Counted from the first letter of the stretch, positions 1-10,666 are shown. The stretch: DNA of 32,000 bases from Pasteurella multocida (GCF_900187275.1 NZ_LT906458.1:1380001-1412000), one strand, 5' to 3'. Program-made: numbers and translations. Notes: a model not told the origin generated them from the letters alone.

Positions 1-239
1 GCCATACAGCCATAACTCGGATCTATATCACGATAATTAGCGATGTCATAACCATTATCAATTTGTGGCGAAACATACATCGGTGTAATCCAAAGCCCAT
101 CAACACCCAATTCTTTTAAATAATCTAAACGCTTAATAATTCCCTGAATATCGCCAGTTCCACTTCCCGTTGTATCTTGGAAAGATTTTGGATAGATTTG
201 GTAGATAACCCCATTTTGCCACCAATTTTTATTACTCAT
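1..239 (-). CDS. treC: Alpha,alpha-phosphotrehalase / trehalose-6-phosphate hydrolase, N-terminal fragment (runs off the left edge)
   Basis: Reverse-strand translation from ATG at 239: MSNKNWWQNGVIYQIYPKSFQDTTGSGTGDIQGIIKRLDYLKELGVDGLWITPMYVSPQIDNGYDIANYRDIDPSYG, a typical GH13 N-terminus. It lies next to treB and treR. Confidence 0.9.
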   Translation of the reverse strand, partial: MSNKNWWQNGVIYQIYPKSFQDTTGSGTGDIQGIIKRLDYLKELGVDGLWITPMYVSPQIDNGYDIANYRDIDPSYGCM

Positions 240-271
240 ATTGTTCCCTTACAAAAGTGTGTTGCTATCAA

Positions 272-628
272 TTAACGAGTTAAATCAAAACTCCAGTCGA
301 TTAAATGATAAAGTTGTTGTTGCGGAAAAGGACTATTAAGACGTAAGCTAAACCAATGTCTTTTATTCATATGATAGGCAGGAAAAATAGCCTCACTTTG
401 GCGTAAACTATCAATGACAGCTGGCTCACATTTTAAATTAATAATATCGATTTGTTCTGTCTCTGCTAAACCTAAACTTATTGCTGGCACAGTTAAAATC
501 AAAGCAAACCATTTATGGTTATGTGGATGTCGGAATACAGCATAACAAGGTTTATCTTGCCAAGGATAATCAGGACGAATAGCATATTTTCGTTCAATGT
601 ATTTTAAAATAGCTTCGCGAGTTAACAT
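272..628 (-). CDS. MmcQ/YjbR family protein
   Basis: 118-aa ORF. Motifs typical of YjbR: YPWQDKPCYAVFRHPHNHKWFALI and ...FPAYHMNKRHWFSLRLN near the C-terminal half. Confidence 0.75.
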   Translation of the reverse strand: MLTREAILKYIERKYAIRPDYPWQDKPCYAVFRHPHNHKWFALILTVPAISLGLAETEQIDIINLKCEPAVIDSLRQSEAIFPAYHMNKRHWFSLRLNSPFPQQQLYHLIDWSFDLTR

Positions 629-677
629 CTATCCGTCCTTTTGCACTATTGTTTTATCCAAAACTCTGCTAAAACAA

Positions 678-686
678 ACCGCACTT
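678..686 (-). repeat. DNA uptake signal sequence core (ACCGCACTT)
   Basis: Exact 9-bp match in the treB / yjbR-like gap. Confidence 0.85.
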
Positions 687-727
687 TCTCCCTTTCTGAA
701 GGACAAAAGGGATGAAAAAAAGTTTGA

Positions 728-2146
728 CTAATTTAATGTACCTGCTTTTTCTTTACGTTTGTAAACAAGAGTAGTAAGAATGAATGGTACAACAATCGCT
801 ATTGCCATAGCTAAAGCATAGACTGCCCAATATTGATGTTGAATAGATAAAATTCCAGGTAATCCACCCACACCAATACTGCTCGCTAATACACCAGCTA
901 GACCACAAACTAAACCAGCAGTAGCTGAACCAATCATGGCACAAAGCATAGGAAAACGATATTTTAAGTTAACCCCATACATAGCAGGTTCTGTTACACC
1001 TAAATAAGCAGAGATTGCAGCTGGCACAGAGATTTCACGAGATTCTGCTGTTTTATTAACATAAATAATCGCTAATACGGCTGATGCTTGAGCAATGTTT
1101 GAAAGTGCAATTAAAGGCCATACTGGCGTACCGCCAATACTGCTAATCATTTGGAAGTCGATAGCTAGCGTTGTTTGATGTACACCTGTTACAACTAATG
1201 GGGCATATAAGAAACCAAATAATGCTGCGCCAATCGGAGCAAAATCACCTGTCATAGCGTGTTTTACAACAAAGGCAACACCATTACCAATTTCACGTCC
1301 AATTGGACCGATAATTGAATGTGCAAGGAAAACTGCTAATATAATAGACACTACTGACACAATCACTAAATTCAAATAATTTGGCACAATTTTAGTTAAA
1401 TACCGCTCGATAAATGACAATGCTAGCCCAGCCATAATTGCTGGAATCACTTGAGCTTGGTACCCCACTTTTTCAATTGCCATGAATCCAAAATCCCATG
1501 CTTCAGGCAGTTGTGATCCTAATGCATAAGAATTCATTAATTGTGGTGAAACTAATGTGACCCCTAACACAATGCCTAAGATAGGCGATGTTCCCATTTT
1601 ACGTGCGATAGACCAACAGATACCTACTGGTAAAAAGTGGAAAATCGCCTCACCGACCAGCCATAAGAAACTGTGCATACTTGCCCAGAATGAACTGATA
1701 TCAACTAGTGTTTTAGTGCCATCTTCAAACATTTTGATGTCACCAATCACATTACGGAAACCTAAAATCAAACCACCACTAATTAGTGCTGGTAGCAATG
1801 GAATAAAAATATCAGCTAAATGAGAAATACTGCGTTCATACCATTTTTGATTTTGGCGTGCCGCTGCTTTGATTTGTTCTTTATCCGCATTAGCTAAGCC
1901 TGTCTTTTCAAGTAAAACTTTGTAATAGTCACCAACTTCTTGACCAATTACCACTTGATATTGACCACCTGTTGCAAAACTGGCTTTTACCATTGGTAAG
2001 CTTTTCAGTTTTTCAGCATCTGCTTTTGCATCATCATTCAAAATAAAGCGTAAACGGGTAATACAATGAGTTACTGCTGCAATGTTGTCACGACCACCAA
2101 CATATTCAATAATTTTATCTACTGCACTTGGATCAATTTTTGCCAT
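728..2146 (-). CDS. treB: PTS system trehalose-specific EIIBC component
   Basis: The ORF track starts at 2197, but the likely start is MAKIDPSAVDKIIEYVGG at 2146. EIIB cysteine motif (AAVTHCITRLRFIL), and EIIC motifs (GTPVWPLIALSNIAQ, GVTEPAMYGVNL). The upstream region 2147-2201 contains the putative promoter. Confidence 0.93.
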   Translation of the reverse strand: MAKIDPSAVDKIIEYVGGRDNIAAVTHCITRLRFILNDDAKADAEKLKSLPMVKASFATGGQYQVVIGQEVGDYYKVLLEKTGLANADKEQIKAAARQNQKWYERSISHLADIFIPLLPALISGGLILGFRNVIGDIKMFEDGTKTLVDISSFWASMHSFLWLVGEAIFHFLPVGICWSIARKMGTSPILGIVLGVTLVSPQLMNSYALGSQLPEAWDFGFMAIEKVGYQAQVIPAIMAGLALSFIERYLTKIVPNYLNLVIVSVVSIILAVFLAHSIIGPIGREIGNGVAFVVKHAMTGDFAPIGAALFGFLYAPLVVTGVHQTTLAIDFQMISSIGGTPVWPLIALSNIAQASAVLAIIYVNKTAESREISVPAAISAYLGVTEPAMYGVNLKYRFPMLCAMIGSATAGLVCGLAGVLASSIGVGGLPGILSIQHQYWAVYALAMAIAIVVPFILTTLVYKRKEKAGTLN

Positions 2147-2195
2147 AAAATAGCCTCTTTTTTTCATCAATGGGAGAAAGCATAAATTGTTGTCC

Positions 2196-2237
2196 ATTAT
2201 AAATATGTTGATTATTTAATCAATGGGAACGTTCCCA
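2196..2237 (-). promoter_or_regulatory. Putative treB promoter with TreR operator
   Basis: Minus-strand -10 TATAAT at 2201-2196 and candidate -35 TTGATT at 2223-2218 (16-bp spacing). Perfect 14-bp palindrome TGGGAACGTTCCCA at 2224-2237, which resembles the E. coli TreR box and abuts the -35. Confidence 0.75.
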
Positions 2238-2297
2238 AAAATAAGGAATATAAATGAGATCAAGATCACAAATTTAATAAAAAGATAAATAAAGACA

Positions 2298-3242
2298 TCA
2301 AATAACTAATCGACAATCGAGACAATGATGCTGAATTGACTGATTTTCCAATAAATCAAATAACTGTTTTACTGTAATCTCACCAACCTGATCAAAACCT
2401 AAATCAACACTTAATACATTAGGAAATAAAAAATGTAGTAGTCGACTTTTTCCAACCCCACAAACTTGGATATGCGACAACTGTTTTTCTTGTAAATATT
2501 TTAGTGCGCCAATTGCCAAAGTATCAGTTGCACAAACAAGAGCCGAAACTTCAGGAAAAATAACTGCACTTGTATGATTATATGCCCATTCATACCCTAA
2601 CTCACCTTGTAAAGAGCAAGGTTGTAAACCATACTCTTTACAAAAATGCAAATAAGCTTGATGGCGAGTATAACCTGTAGTCGCATCTTGATCATTCACA
2701 CCTAAGTAACTAATTTTACGATGCCCTTCTTTATAAAGATGTGTCATCAATAAATGTACAGCCTTTCTATCATCATAGTAAATTGAAGATAACTGAGTAT
2801 AATTTCTCGCAATGACAACCATATTATGCCGCCATCCCTGTAAATCAGTTTCCTCTAACTCACTAAACGCAAATAAAATCACGCCATCTACACCACGTTT
2901 TTGGAAAAAGGCTAAATGTTCTTTCACTAATTCTGGCTTAAATTGGCTTTCAACAATAATAGGCTCACACTGTTGTGCATAGAGTGAAGGAAGGATACTT
3001 GATAGCACTTGGTTTTCTGCTGTTGAAGCTAAACGTGTGACAATAATACCGATTACACGATCAGACACACCACGCATTGCACGAGCTGATTTTGAGGGTT
3101 GAAAACTATATTGTGCAATCACATTTTGCACACGCTGACGTGTTGCCTCACTAACCTTAGAGTCATTATTCAACACTCGTGAGACAGTGGATTTTCCAAC
3201 TCCACTTAAACGTGCAATATCTTTAATAGTGAGCTTTGTCAT
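2298..3242 (-). CDS. treR: LacI-family trehalose operon repressor
   Basis: N-terminal LacI HTH: MTKLTIKDIARLSGVGKSTVSRVLNNDSKVSEATRQRV. Located directly upstream of treB on the same strand. Confidence 0.92.
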   Translation of the reverse strand: MTKLTIKDIARLSGVGKSTVSRVLNNDSKVSEATRQRVQNVIAQYSFQPSKSARAMRGVSDRVIGIIVTRLASTAENQVLSSILPSLYAQQCEPIIVESQFKPELVKEHLAFFQKRGVDGVILFAFSELEETDLQGWRHNMVVIARNYTQLSSIYYDDRKAVHLLMTHLYKEGHRKISYLGVNDQDATTGYTRHQAYLHFCKEYGLQPCSLQGELGYEWAYNHTSAVIFPEVSALVCATDTLAIGALKYLQEKQLSHIQVCGVGKSRLLHFLFPNVLSVDLGFDQVGEITVKQLFDLLENQSIQHHCLDCRLVI

Positions 3243-3243
3243 T

Positions 3244-4446
3244 TTAATCTTTTGAATGTCGATAAATTAAAAAATAATAGCAACTGACCGCTGCGACGCT
3301 ACAACATGCCATAGTTAATAACATCGGTGCAGCGCTTTTCATTGGCATCAAAGCAACTAGAGAACCAACTATTGCTCCCGTACCAAACCGTACACTACCA
3401 ACAACAGAATTGGCGGTACCAGCCATTTTGGGAAACTTTTCTAAAATAGATGCCATAGCATTCGATGAAATTAAAGGGTTTTGCCCTGCAAAAATAGCTA
3501 AACAAAATGTCATAAGCCAAAAACCAAGATCAAAAAGAGAAACCATGATCAAACCAATGGCCGCGATAAATTGAATAAGCAAACCAGCTTTAAGCATCAC
3601 TTCAGTCCCTACTTTATTAACAATACGACCATTAATGAAAGATCCGATTATCATAACAGCAATATTAAACATAAAGAAATAGCCAAATTTATCTACAGGT
3701 ATACCATAAAGCCCGACATAAACGATTGAACCTGCCGTAATCAAAGCAAATAAACCACCAAAACCAAAAGCAGAAGCAAACATATAACCTAACACTTCTC
3801 TTTGCTGACAAAGTGCTAAAAAGTTTCGTCCAACAACACCTAACCTAAGAGGAATCCGCTGTGTTTTGTGATGTGTTTCAGGAATGATCACGAAGACTAA
3901 TAAACAGGACAAAAATCCCATAAAACTGATAACATAAAAAATAGAATGCCAGTGGAACCAAGAAACTAAGTGACCGCCAATAATCGGTGCTAATAAAGGT
4001 GCTAACATAAAAACCAAGGTAATTGATGACATGATCCTAGATAATTCATTTTTATGAAATAAATCACGTAGAATCGCGCCAACCAATACCACTGGTGCTG
4101 CCCCAAAAAAGCCTTGTATAAAACGAAATCCTGTAAACTGACCAATCGAATAAATATGGGTTAAAATCAATGCCGCAACAGCACTTACTAGTACACCTAA
4201 TAAAATAATCGGCTTACGCCCATAACTATCGCCTACAGGTCCCCAAAAAAGTTGTCCAATTGCCATCCCTGCGGCAAAAAATGTTAAAGTGTGTTGAACT
4301 TGTTCAGGCGTTACATTTAAGTCTTTTGCAATCAGTAAAAAAGCGGGAAGATACATATCTACACCTAAAGGGGGAAGCATAGATAAAATCCCTAATGTAA
4401 TGATAAAAATAGTGCCTGCTTTTACAGGCTTTTGTTCAGCCAACAT
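3244..4446 (-). CDS. Bcr/CflA-family MFS drug-resistance transporter
   Basis: 400 aa, 12-TM-like MFS protein: LPPLGVDMYLPAFLLIAKDLNVTPEQVQHTLTFFAAGMAIGQLFWGPVGDSYGRKP. Confidence 0.88.
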   Translation of the reverse strand: MLAEQKPVKAGTIFIITLGILSMLPPLGVDMYLPAFLLIAKDLNVTPEQVQHTLTFFAAGMAIGQLFWGPVGDSYGRKPIILLGVLVSAVAALILTHIYSIGQFTGFRFIQGFFGAAPVVLVGAILRDLFHKNELSRIMSSITLVFMLAPLLAPIIGGHLVSWFHWHSIFYVISFMGFLSCLLVFVIIPETHHKTQRIPLRLGVVGRNFLALCQQREVLGYMFASAFGFGGLFALITAGSIVYVGLYGIPVDKFGYFFMFNIAVMIIGSFINGRIVNKVGTEVMLKAGLLIQFIAAIGLIMVSLFDLGFWLMTFCLAIFAGQNPLISSNAMASILEKFPKMAGTANSVVGSVRFGTGAIVGSLVALMPMKSAAPMLLTMACCSVAAVSCYYFLIYRHSKD

Positions 4447-4447
4447 A

Positions 4448-5149
4448 CTATCCTTTCTTAATACTATTTATTTCTCGTTCAGAAAGCGAACGGTACTCAC
4501 CTTCTGCTAAATTTTCGTCTAATTCAATATCGCCGATTTTCCAACGGTGTAAGCCTACTACTTTATTCCCCAAAGCTGCAAACATCCGTTTGACTTGATG
4601 ATAACGTCCTTCACTAATCGTTAAATTCACATTGTAATCATCAAGAATTTCTAACGTTGCAGGCTTCGTTGGGGTTTTCTCACCACGCAATAGCATACCT
4701 TCTGCACAGGCTTGTTGATAATGGCTTTCCACAGGATCGGCAAGTGTCACCAGATAGGTTTTCTCACAATGGTGTTTTGGGGACGTAATACGATGTGACC
4801 ATTTTCCATCATCAGTTAATAACACGAGCCCGGTCGTGTCCACATCTAATCGTCCGGCACTATGCAATTTACCTACCAACGGATAATCAAAGAATTGATA
4901 AATCGTTGGATAATCCCCATCCTCATGAGAGCAAACATAGCCTTGCGGCTTGTATAACATCAAATATTGTCCTACAGATACCCAAGGTAAATGCTCGCCA
5001 TCTAAACAAATTTCATCTGTTTGACTGACTTTTTGTGCACCATTTTTCTCAACGTGTCCATTTACCGTGACCGCACTTTGCTTTAAGACTTTATTCGCTT
5101 GTGAGCGGGTTAGTCCTGTATTTTCGGCTAAAAATTTATCTAATCGCAT
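4448..5149 (-). CDS. rsuA: 16S rRNA pseudouridine(516) synthase
   Basis: S4 domain at the N-terminus (MRLDKFLAENTGLTRSQANKVLKQ) and the catalytic motif region GKLHSAGRLDVDTTGLVLLTDDGKWSHRITSP. Confidence 0.92.
   Translation of the reverse strand: MRLDKFLAENTGLTRSQANKVLKQSAVTVNGHVEKNGAQKVSQTDEICLDGEHLPWVSVGQYLMLYKPQGYVCSHEDGDYPTIYQFFDYPLVGKLHSAGRLDVDTTGLVLLTDDGKWSHRITSPKHHCEKTYLVTLADPVESHYQQACAEGMLLRGEKTPTKPATLEILDDYNVNLTISEGRYHQVKRMFAALGNKVVGLHRWKIGDIELDENLAEGEYRSLSEREINSIKKG
5070..5078 (-). repeat. DNA uptake signal sequence core
   Basis: Exact ACCGCACTT inside rsuA. Confidence 0.85.
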
Positions 5150-5350
5150 GCTAATTTACGTTGTCCTTCATTCATTAACTTACGCATTCTACTATGTTTC
5201 AGCACAAGAGGGGGAATTATTAAAAAATAAGCAAGTTGACGAAAAAAACAAAATCCCAATACTGTGTTTTAGGTCACGTTTTTTATTCTCAATTTATTTA
5301 TAATGGTTTGTCTATTACGATAATTTATTTACTCACAAGAGGACTGTTTT

Positions 5351-7627
5351 ATGGATGCACAATTACGTCAAGCTGCTCTCGATTTTCATGAATTTCCAAC
5401 ACCGGGAAAAATAGAAGTGACTCCGACCAAATCGCTGGCAACACAGCGTGATTTAGCGCTCGCCTATTCCCCCGGTGTTGCGGTCCCCTGTTTAGAAATC
5501 CAAGCAGATCCCGCTGCCTCTTATCGTTATACCTCCAGAGGCAATTTAGTTGCTGTGATTTCCAATGGTACGGCGGTTTTAGGTTTAGGCAACATTGGTG
5601 CATTAGCGGGAAAACCGGTAATGGAAGGGAAAGGGGTGTTATTTAAAAAATTTGCCGGTGTCAACGTATTTGATATCGAAATTGACGAAAGAGATCCAGA
5701 TAAATTAGTCGATATTATTGCTTCGCTAGAACCCACTTTTGGTGGCATTAACTTGGAAGATATTAAAGCCCCAGAATGTTTCTATATTGAACAAAAATTA
5801 CGTGAGCGGATGAAAATTCCTGTTTTCCATGATGACCAACATGGTACCGCTATTATCAGTGCTGCTGCGATTTTGAATGGCTTACGTATCGTGAAAAAAG
5901 ACATTGCCAAGGTTAAATTGATTGCCTCGGGCGCGGGTGCCGCATCGATTGCGTGTTTAAATTTATTGGTCAGTTTAGGTTTACCGCGTGAAAATATTAT
6001 CGTCTGTGATTCAAAAGGGGTGATTTTCCATGGTCGCGATGAACGCATGGATGAAACTAAAAAATTATATGCAATTGAAGACAATGGTAAACGTACGTTA
6101 GCGGAAGTCATCAACGATGCGGATATTTTCTTAGGTTGCTCTGCGGCGGGAACATTAACCCAAGACATGGTAAAAACCATGGCGGCCAACCCGTTAATCC
6201 TTGCGTTAGCTAACCCTGATCCCGAAATTTTACCGCCTTTAGCGAAAGCCGTTCGTCCAGATGCAATTGTTTGCACGGGACGTTCTGATTACCCAAACCA
6301 AGTCAATAACGTACTCTGTTTCCCATTTATTTTCCGTGGGGCATTAGATGTGAGTGCAACAGCAATCAACGAAGAGATGAAACTCGCGGCAGTGCATGCC
6401 ATTGCGGATCTTGCACTTGCCGAACAAAGTGAAGTGGTTACCTCAGCTTATGGCGAAACGGAATTATCTTTTGGTCCAGAATATTTAATTCCTAAGCCGT
6501 TTGATCCCCGTTTAATTGTCAAAATTGCCCCAGCGGTAGCTAAAGCAGCCATGGATTCGGGGGTCGCCACGCGTCCAATTAAAGATTTTGATGCTTACAT
6601 TGAAAAACTCACGCAGTTTGTGTACAAAACAAACTTGTTCATGAAACCGGTGTTCGCTCAAGCGAAGCAAAATAAAAAACGTGTTTTACTCACCGATGGT
6701 GAAGAATCTCGTGTTTTACATGCTGTGCAAGAAATCGCAACATTAGGTATTGCAACCCCAATTTTATTGGGTCGTCCAAGTGTCATCGCACAAAAAATTA
6801 AACAGCTTGGTTTACACATTCAAGAAGGGCGTGATTTTGAATTAGTGGACATCGAAAACAACCCTTATTTTGAGGAATGTTATAAAACTTACCACAACTT
6901 GCTTAAACGCAAAGGCATTACGCCAGCCGGTGCGCAACGTAAAATGCTACATAATCCGACTGTGATTGGTGCAACCTTGCTCCAACTCGGCAAAGCCGAT
7001 GCCATGTTATGTGGTTTAGTCGGTCCTTATGCTTCGCATTTAAGCAATATTAAAGAAGTGATTGGTGTCCAACCGTGTGTCCCAACGCCTGCGACAGTAA
7101 ATGGGCTCGTGTTGCCAACAGGTAACTTATTCATTACAGATACCTTTGTTAACCATAACCCAACCGCACAAGAATTAGCTGAGATCACCATTATGGCAGC
7201 CAATGAAGTAAGCCGTTTCGGTATTGAACCTAAAGTTGCCTTAGTCTCCCATTCTAATTTTGGCACCTTTGATGATCCAAGTGCGGTCAAAATGCGCGAA
7301 GTTTTACGCTTAGTGAAAGAAAAAACACCAGACTTGATCATTGATGGCGAAATGCACTGTGATGTCGCTTTAAATGAGAAATTGCGTCAGGACATCATGC
7401 CAGACAGTCCATTAAAAGGGGCGGCAAACTTATTGGTGATGCCAAATATGGAAGCTGCACGGATCAGTTTGAACCTATTACAGGGCACTGCCACCCCAAT
7501 TACAGTCGGACCAATTTTAATGGGGATGAATAAACCTGTTCATATTCTCACCTCCGCGTCTTCTGTACGCCGGATCATTAATATGGTCGCGATTGCGGCA
7601 GCTAATGTTGAACCCACTTGTAAGTAG
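5351..7627 (+). CDS. maeB: NADP-dependent malic enzyme with C-terminal phosphotransacetylase-like domain
   Basis: 758 aa: [49 protein letters not shown]; PTA-like C-terminal half ([39 protein letters not shown]). Confidence 0.95.
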   Translation: MDAQLRQAALDFHEFPTPGKIEVTPTKSLATQRDLALAYSPGVAVPCLEIQADPAASYRYTSRGNLVAVISNGTAVLGLGNIGALAGKPVMEGKGVLFKKFAGVNVFDIEIDERDPDKLVDIIASLEPTFGGINLEDIKAPECFYIEQKLRERMKIPVFHDDQHGTAIISAAAILNGLRIVKKDIAKVKLIASGAGAASIACLNLLVSLGLPRENIIVCDSKGVIFHGRDERMDETKKLYAIEDNGKRTLAEVINDADIFLGCSAAGTLTQDMVKTMAANPLILALANPDPEILPPLAKAVRPDAIVCTGRSDYPNQVNNVLCFPFIFRGALDVSATAINEEMKLAAVHAIADLALAEQSEVVTSAYGETELSFGPEYLIPKPFDPRLIVKIAPAVAKAAMDSGVATRPIKDFDAYIEKLTQFVYKTNLFMKPVFAQAKQNKKRVLLTDGEESRVLHAVQEIATLGIATPILLGRPSVIAQKIKQLGLHIQEGRDFELVDIENNPYFEECYKTYHNLLKRKGITPAGAQRKMLHNPTVIGATLLQLGKADAMLCGLVGPYASHLSNIKEVIGVQPCVPTPATVNGLVLPTGNLFITDTFVNHNPTAQELAEITIMAANEVSRFGIEPKVALVSHSNFGTFDDPSAVKMREVLRLVKEKTPDLIIDGEMHCDVALNEKLRQDIMPDSPLKGAANLLVMPNMEAARISLNLLQGTATPITVGPILMGMNKPVHILTSASSVRRIINMVAIAAANVEPTCK
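7279..7287 (+). repeat. DNA uptake signal sequence core
   Basis: Exact AAGTGCGGT inside maeB. Confidence 0.8.
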
Positions 7628-7641
7628 TGGATAGCAAAATC

Positions 7642-7669
7642 AGGGCAGAGGTAAAAATCTGCCCTGAGA
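7642..7669 (+). terminator. Intrinsic terminator after maeB
   Basis: TCAGGGCAGA (7642-7651) / TCTGCCCTGA (7660-7669) followed by GATTTTT. Confidence 0.8.
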
Positions 7670-7780
7670 TTTTTGGTGTTAACTGCAGAGAAATAATGAT
7701 CTTAATCAAGTTTCCTGTTAAAATCTTGTTACTTTTTGGCAATAATGCCCCCTTACTTTCACTCAATAAAGGAAATAATT

Positions 7781-8425
7781 ATGGCTTATACACTACCAGA
7801 ATTAGGCTATGCCTACGATGCATTAGAACCCCATTTTGATGCAATGACGATGGAAATTCACCATTCAAAACATCATCAAGCCTATGTCAACAATGCCAAT
7901 GCTGCATTGGAAAATTTACCAGAATTAGCACAAGGTTGCCCAGGTCAATTATTAACTAAGTTAGCAGAGGTGCCTGCTGATAAATTGACAGCTATCCGCA
8001 ATAATGTGGGTGGTCACTTAAACCACTCGCTATTTTGGAAAAGCCTGAAAAAAGGTACCACGTTACAAGGCGCACTAAAAGATGCCATCGTGCGTGATTT
8101 TGGCTCTGTGGAAGCCTTCCAAGCAGAATTTGAAAAAGCGGCAGCAACCCGTTTCGGTTCAGGTTGGGCATGGTTAGTCTTACAAGAAAACGGTAAATTA
8201 GCGGTCGTATCCACCGCGAACCAAGATTCACCTGTAATGGGTAAAGCTATTGCGGGTTGTGAAGGTTACCCATTATTAGGTTTAGACGTTTGGGAACACG
8301 CTTACTACTTGAAATTCCAAAACCGCCGTCCAGACTACATTAAAGAATTCTGGCACGTAGTAAACTGGGATTTCGTGGCAGAACGCTTCGAGAAAAAAGT
8401 TGAACATTGCAACTGCACAAAATAA
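7781..8425 (+). CDS. sodA: Superoxide dismutase [Mn]
   Basis: [36 protein letters not shown]; metal-ligand motif [24 protein letters not shown]. The ORF track start at 7736 is too far upstream; ATG at 7781 follows a GGAAAT ribosome binding site. Confidence 0.96.
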   Translation: MAYTLPELGYAYDALEPHFDAMTMEIHHSKHHQAYVNNANAALENLPELAQGCPGQLLTKLAEVPADKLTAIRNNVGGHLNHSLFWKSLKKGTTLQGALKDAIVRDFGSVEAFQAEFEKAAATRFGSGWAWLVLQENGKLAVVSTANQDSPVMGKAIAGCEGYPLLGLDVWEHAYYLKFQNRRPDYIKEFWHVVNWDFVAERFEKKVEHCNCTK

Positions 8426-8431
8426 TCTCTC

Positions 8432-8453
8432 AATCCCCTCAATCGAGGGGATT
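8432..8453 (+). terminator. Intrinsic terminator after sodA
   Basis: AATCCCCTC (8432-8440) / GAGGGGATT (8445-8453), 4-nt loop, then TTTTCTTTCTTCC. Confidence 0.88.
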
Positions 8454-8609
8454 TTTCTTTCTTCCTCCCTTTTCTCTCCCTCACTGTACTTTTTTTCAAA
8501 TTTATGAGAGAGATCACAATCTATACAAAGAAATCACTAGAGCTAGCACGTAACTTTCTCTAGAATGGATTCCCCCTAATGTATTTATATTTCCAAGAAA
8601 GGAGTAATT

Positions 8610-10580
8610 ATGGATAGAAGACGTTTTCTACAATTAGGCGCATGCAGTATTTTAACGTTTACTGCATCGAAATATGTTTTTGCTACCCCACAAAATTCAG
8701 CTTCATTGCGCATTATTGCCACCACGGACTTACATAGTTTCTTAACTGACTTTGATTACTATAAAGACGCACCAACAGAGAAATTTGGTTTTACACGCGC
8801 CGCCTCTTTAATTCGCCAAGCACGCAAAGAAGTCAAAAACTCGGTATTAGTAGATAATGGTGATTTAATTCAAGGTAACCCAATTGCTGACTATCAAGCG
8901 GCAAAAGGGTATAAAGAAGGTAAAATGAACCCTGCTATTGAAGTGCTTAATGCCATGAAATATGACGTAGGCACCCTAGGTAACCATGAATTCAATTATG
9001 GCTTAAAATATTTAGATGATGCTATTGCCGAAGCCAACTTCCCGATCATCAATGCCAACGTAGTCAAAGCCGATTCTGGTGAACCACGCTATCAACCTTA
9101 TGTGATTCAAGAGAAAGGGGTTAGAGATGCTAATGGTCACTTACAAATGATCAAAATTGGCTATATCGGTTTCGTCCCACCACAAGTGATGGTATGGGAT
9201 AAAGCCCATTTAGAGGGACATGTTTTAGCCCATGATATTAAAAAAACGGCTGAAAAATATGTGCCAGAATTAAAGGCAAAAGGCGCGGATATCATCATCG
9301 CTCTTGCGCACACTGGACCATCCGATGAGCCATATAAAGAAGGGGCAGAAAACTCGGCGTTCTATCTTGCCGATGTCAAAGGCATTGATGCCGTTATTTT
9401 TGGTCACTCACACCGCTTATTCCCAAATAAAGAATTTGCCAAATCCCCAAATGTGGACATTGAGAAAGGGACAGTCAAAGGCGTCCCAGAAAGTATGGCG
9501 GGCTATTGGGGGAACAATATCAGCGTAGTCGATTTAGAATTAGCACAACATGGTGATAAATGGGTTGTTGTGAATGGAAAAGCCGAACTGCGTCCAATTT
9601 ATGACAACGAGAAAAAAATGGCGATTGCACAACCTGACGATGAGATGAACGCCTTACTTGCGCCTGTTCATGATGCAACGCGTCAATTTGTTTCACAACC
9701 GATTGGTCGAGCCGTCGATAATATGTTCAGCTATCTTGCGCTAGTACAAGATGACCCAACAGTACAGATCGTTAACCAAGCGCAACGTGCTTATGCGGAA
9801 AATGTGGTGAAAAATTTACCTGAGTTGGCTGGCTTGCCTGTACTCAGTGCGGGCGCCCCATTTAAAGCGGGTGGACGCAAAAATGATCCAACGGGTTATA
9901 CCGAAGTCGATAAAGGAGAATTAACCTTCCGCAATGCAGCTGACTTATACTTGTATCCAAACACCTTAGTGATTGTCAAAATCAGCGGTGCAGAATTAAA
10001 AGAATGGTTGGAGTGTAGTGCGGGGATGTTCAAACAAATTGACCCAAGCAATGAACAACCACAAAGCTTATTAGACTGGACAGGCTTCCGTACTTACAAC
10101 TTCGATGTGATTGATGGCGTACAATATCAATTCGACATCACGAAGCCAGCGCGTTATGATGGCGATTGTAAATTAATCAATGCGCAATCTGAACGTGTGA
10201 TTAATTTGACCTACCAAGGTAAACCAGTGGATCCAAAAGCAGAGTTCTTAATTGCAACCAATAACTACCGTGCTTATAGTGCGAAATTCCCAGGCACTGG
10301 CGATAGCCATATTGTATTTGCTGCCCCTGATGAAAACCGTCAAATTTTAGCAAATTATATTTCATCTGAAAGCAAAACCCATGGTCAGGTCAATCCAAGT
10401 GCAGATAAAAATTGGCGTATTGCCCCGATCACAAGCAAAGTGAAATTGGATATCCGTTTTGAAACCTCACCAAGTGAAAAAGCAAAACAATTTATCCAAG
10501 AGAGAGCGCAATATCCAATGGTTCAAGTCGGAACTGACGAAGTGGGATTCGCGATATATCAAGTGGATTTAAGTCAATAA
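8610..10580 (+). CDS. cpdB: 2',3'-cyclic-nucleotide 2'-phosphodiesterase / 3'-nucleotidase, periplasmic
   Basis: 656 aa metallophosphoesterase plus 5'-nucleotidase C-terminal domain: [51 protein letters not shown]. Confidence 0.93.
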   Translation: MDRRRFLQLGACSILTFTASKYVFATPQNSASLRIIATTDLHSFLTDFDYYKDAPTEKFGFTRAASLIRQARKEVKNSVLVDNGDLIQGNPIADYQAAKGYKEGKMNPAIEVLNAMKYDVGTLGNHEFNYGLKYLDDAIAEANFPIINANVVKADSGEPRYQPYVIQEKGVRDANGHLQMIKIGYIGFVPPQVMVWDKAHLEGHVLAHDIKKTAEKYVPELKAKGADIIIALAHTGPSDEPYKEGAENSAFYLADVKGIDAVIFGHSHRLFPNKEFAKSPNVDIEKGTVKGVPESMAGYWGNNISVVDLELAQHGDKWVVVNGKAELRPIYDNEKKMAIAQPDDEMNALLAPVHDATRQFVSQPIGRAVDNMFSYLALVQDDPTVQIVNQAQRAYAENVVKNLPELAGLPVLSAGAPFKAGGRKNDPTGYTEVDKGELTFRNAADLYLYPNTLVIVKISGAELKEWLECSAGMFKQIDPSNEQPQSLLDWTGFRTYNFDVIDGVQYQFDITKPARYDGDCKLINAQSERVINLTYQGKPVDPKAEFLIATNNYRAYSAKFPGTGDSHIVFAAPDENRQILANYISSESKTHGQVNPSADKNWRIAPITSKVKLDIRFETSPSEKAKQFIQERAQYPMVQVGTDEVGFAIYQVDLSQ

Positions 10581-10599
10581 TCACGCCTTATCCGATAAT

Positions 10600-10635
10600 A
10601 AAAAAGCAAAGTGCAGTGAAGTACTTTGCTTTTTT
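10600..10635. terminator. Intrinsic terminator between convergent cpdB and the methyltransferase-like gene
   Basis: Perfect 13-bp arms AAAAAAGCAAAGT (10600-10612) / ACTTTGCTTTTTT (10623-10635), U-rich tract in both orientations. Confidence 0.88.
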
Positions 10636-10666
10636 TGTCTAGTCTCAGGTTTATCTCCATCCGTAA

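Noticed and set aside
692-711. CCCTTT ... AAAGGG mini-hairpin downstream of treB
   Set aside because: Only 6 bp, and the poly-U side is on the wrong strand for termination of treB.
5067-5303. 78-aa plus-strand ORF in the rsuA-maeB divergent region
   Set aside because: Its first part is antisense to rsuA and the remainder lies in AT-rich intergenic DNA. No recognisable domain or convincing start context.
5527-6276. ORFs antisense to maeB (5527..5748 and 5782..6276, 73 and 164 aa)
   Set aside because: They overlap a strongly supported maeB reading frame, have no recognisable domains and look like mirror ORFs produced by codon bias.
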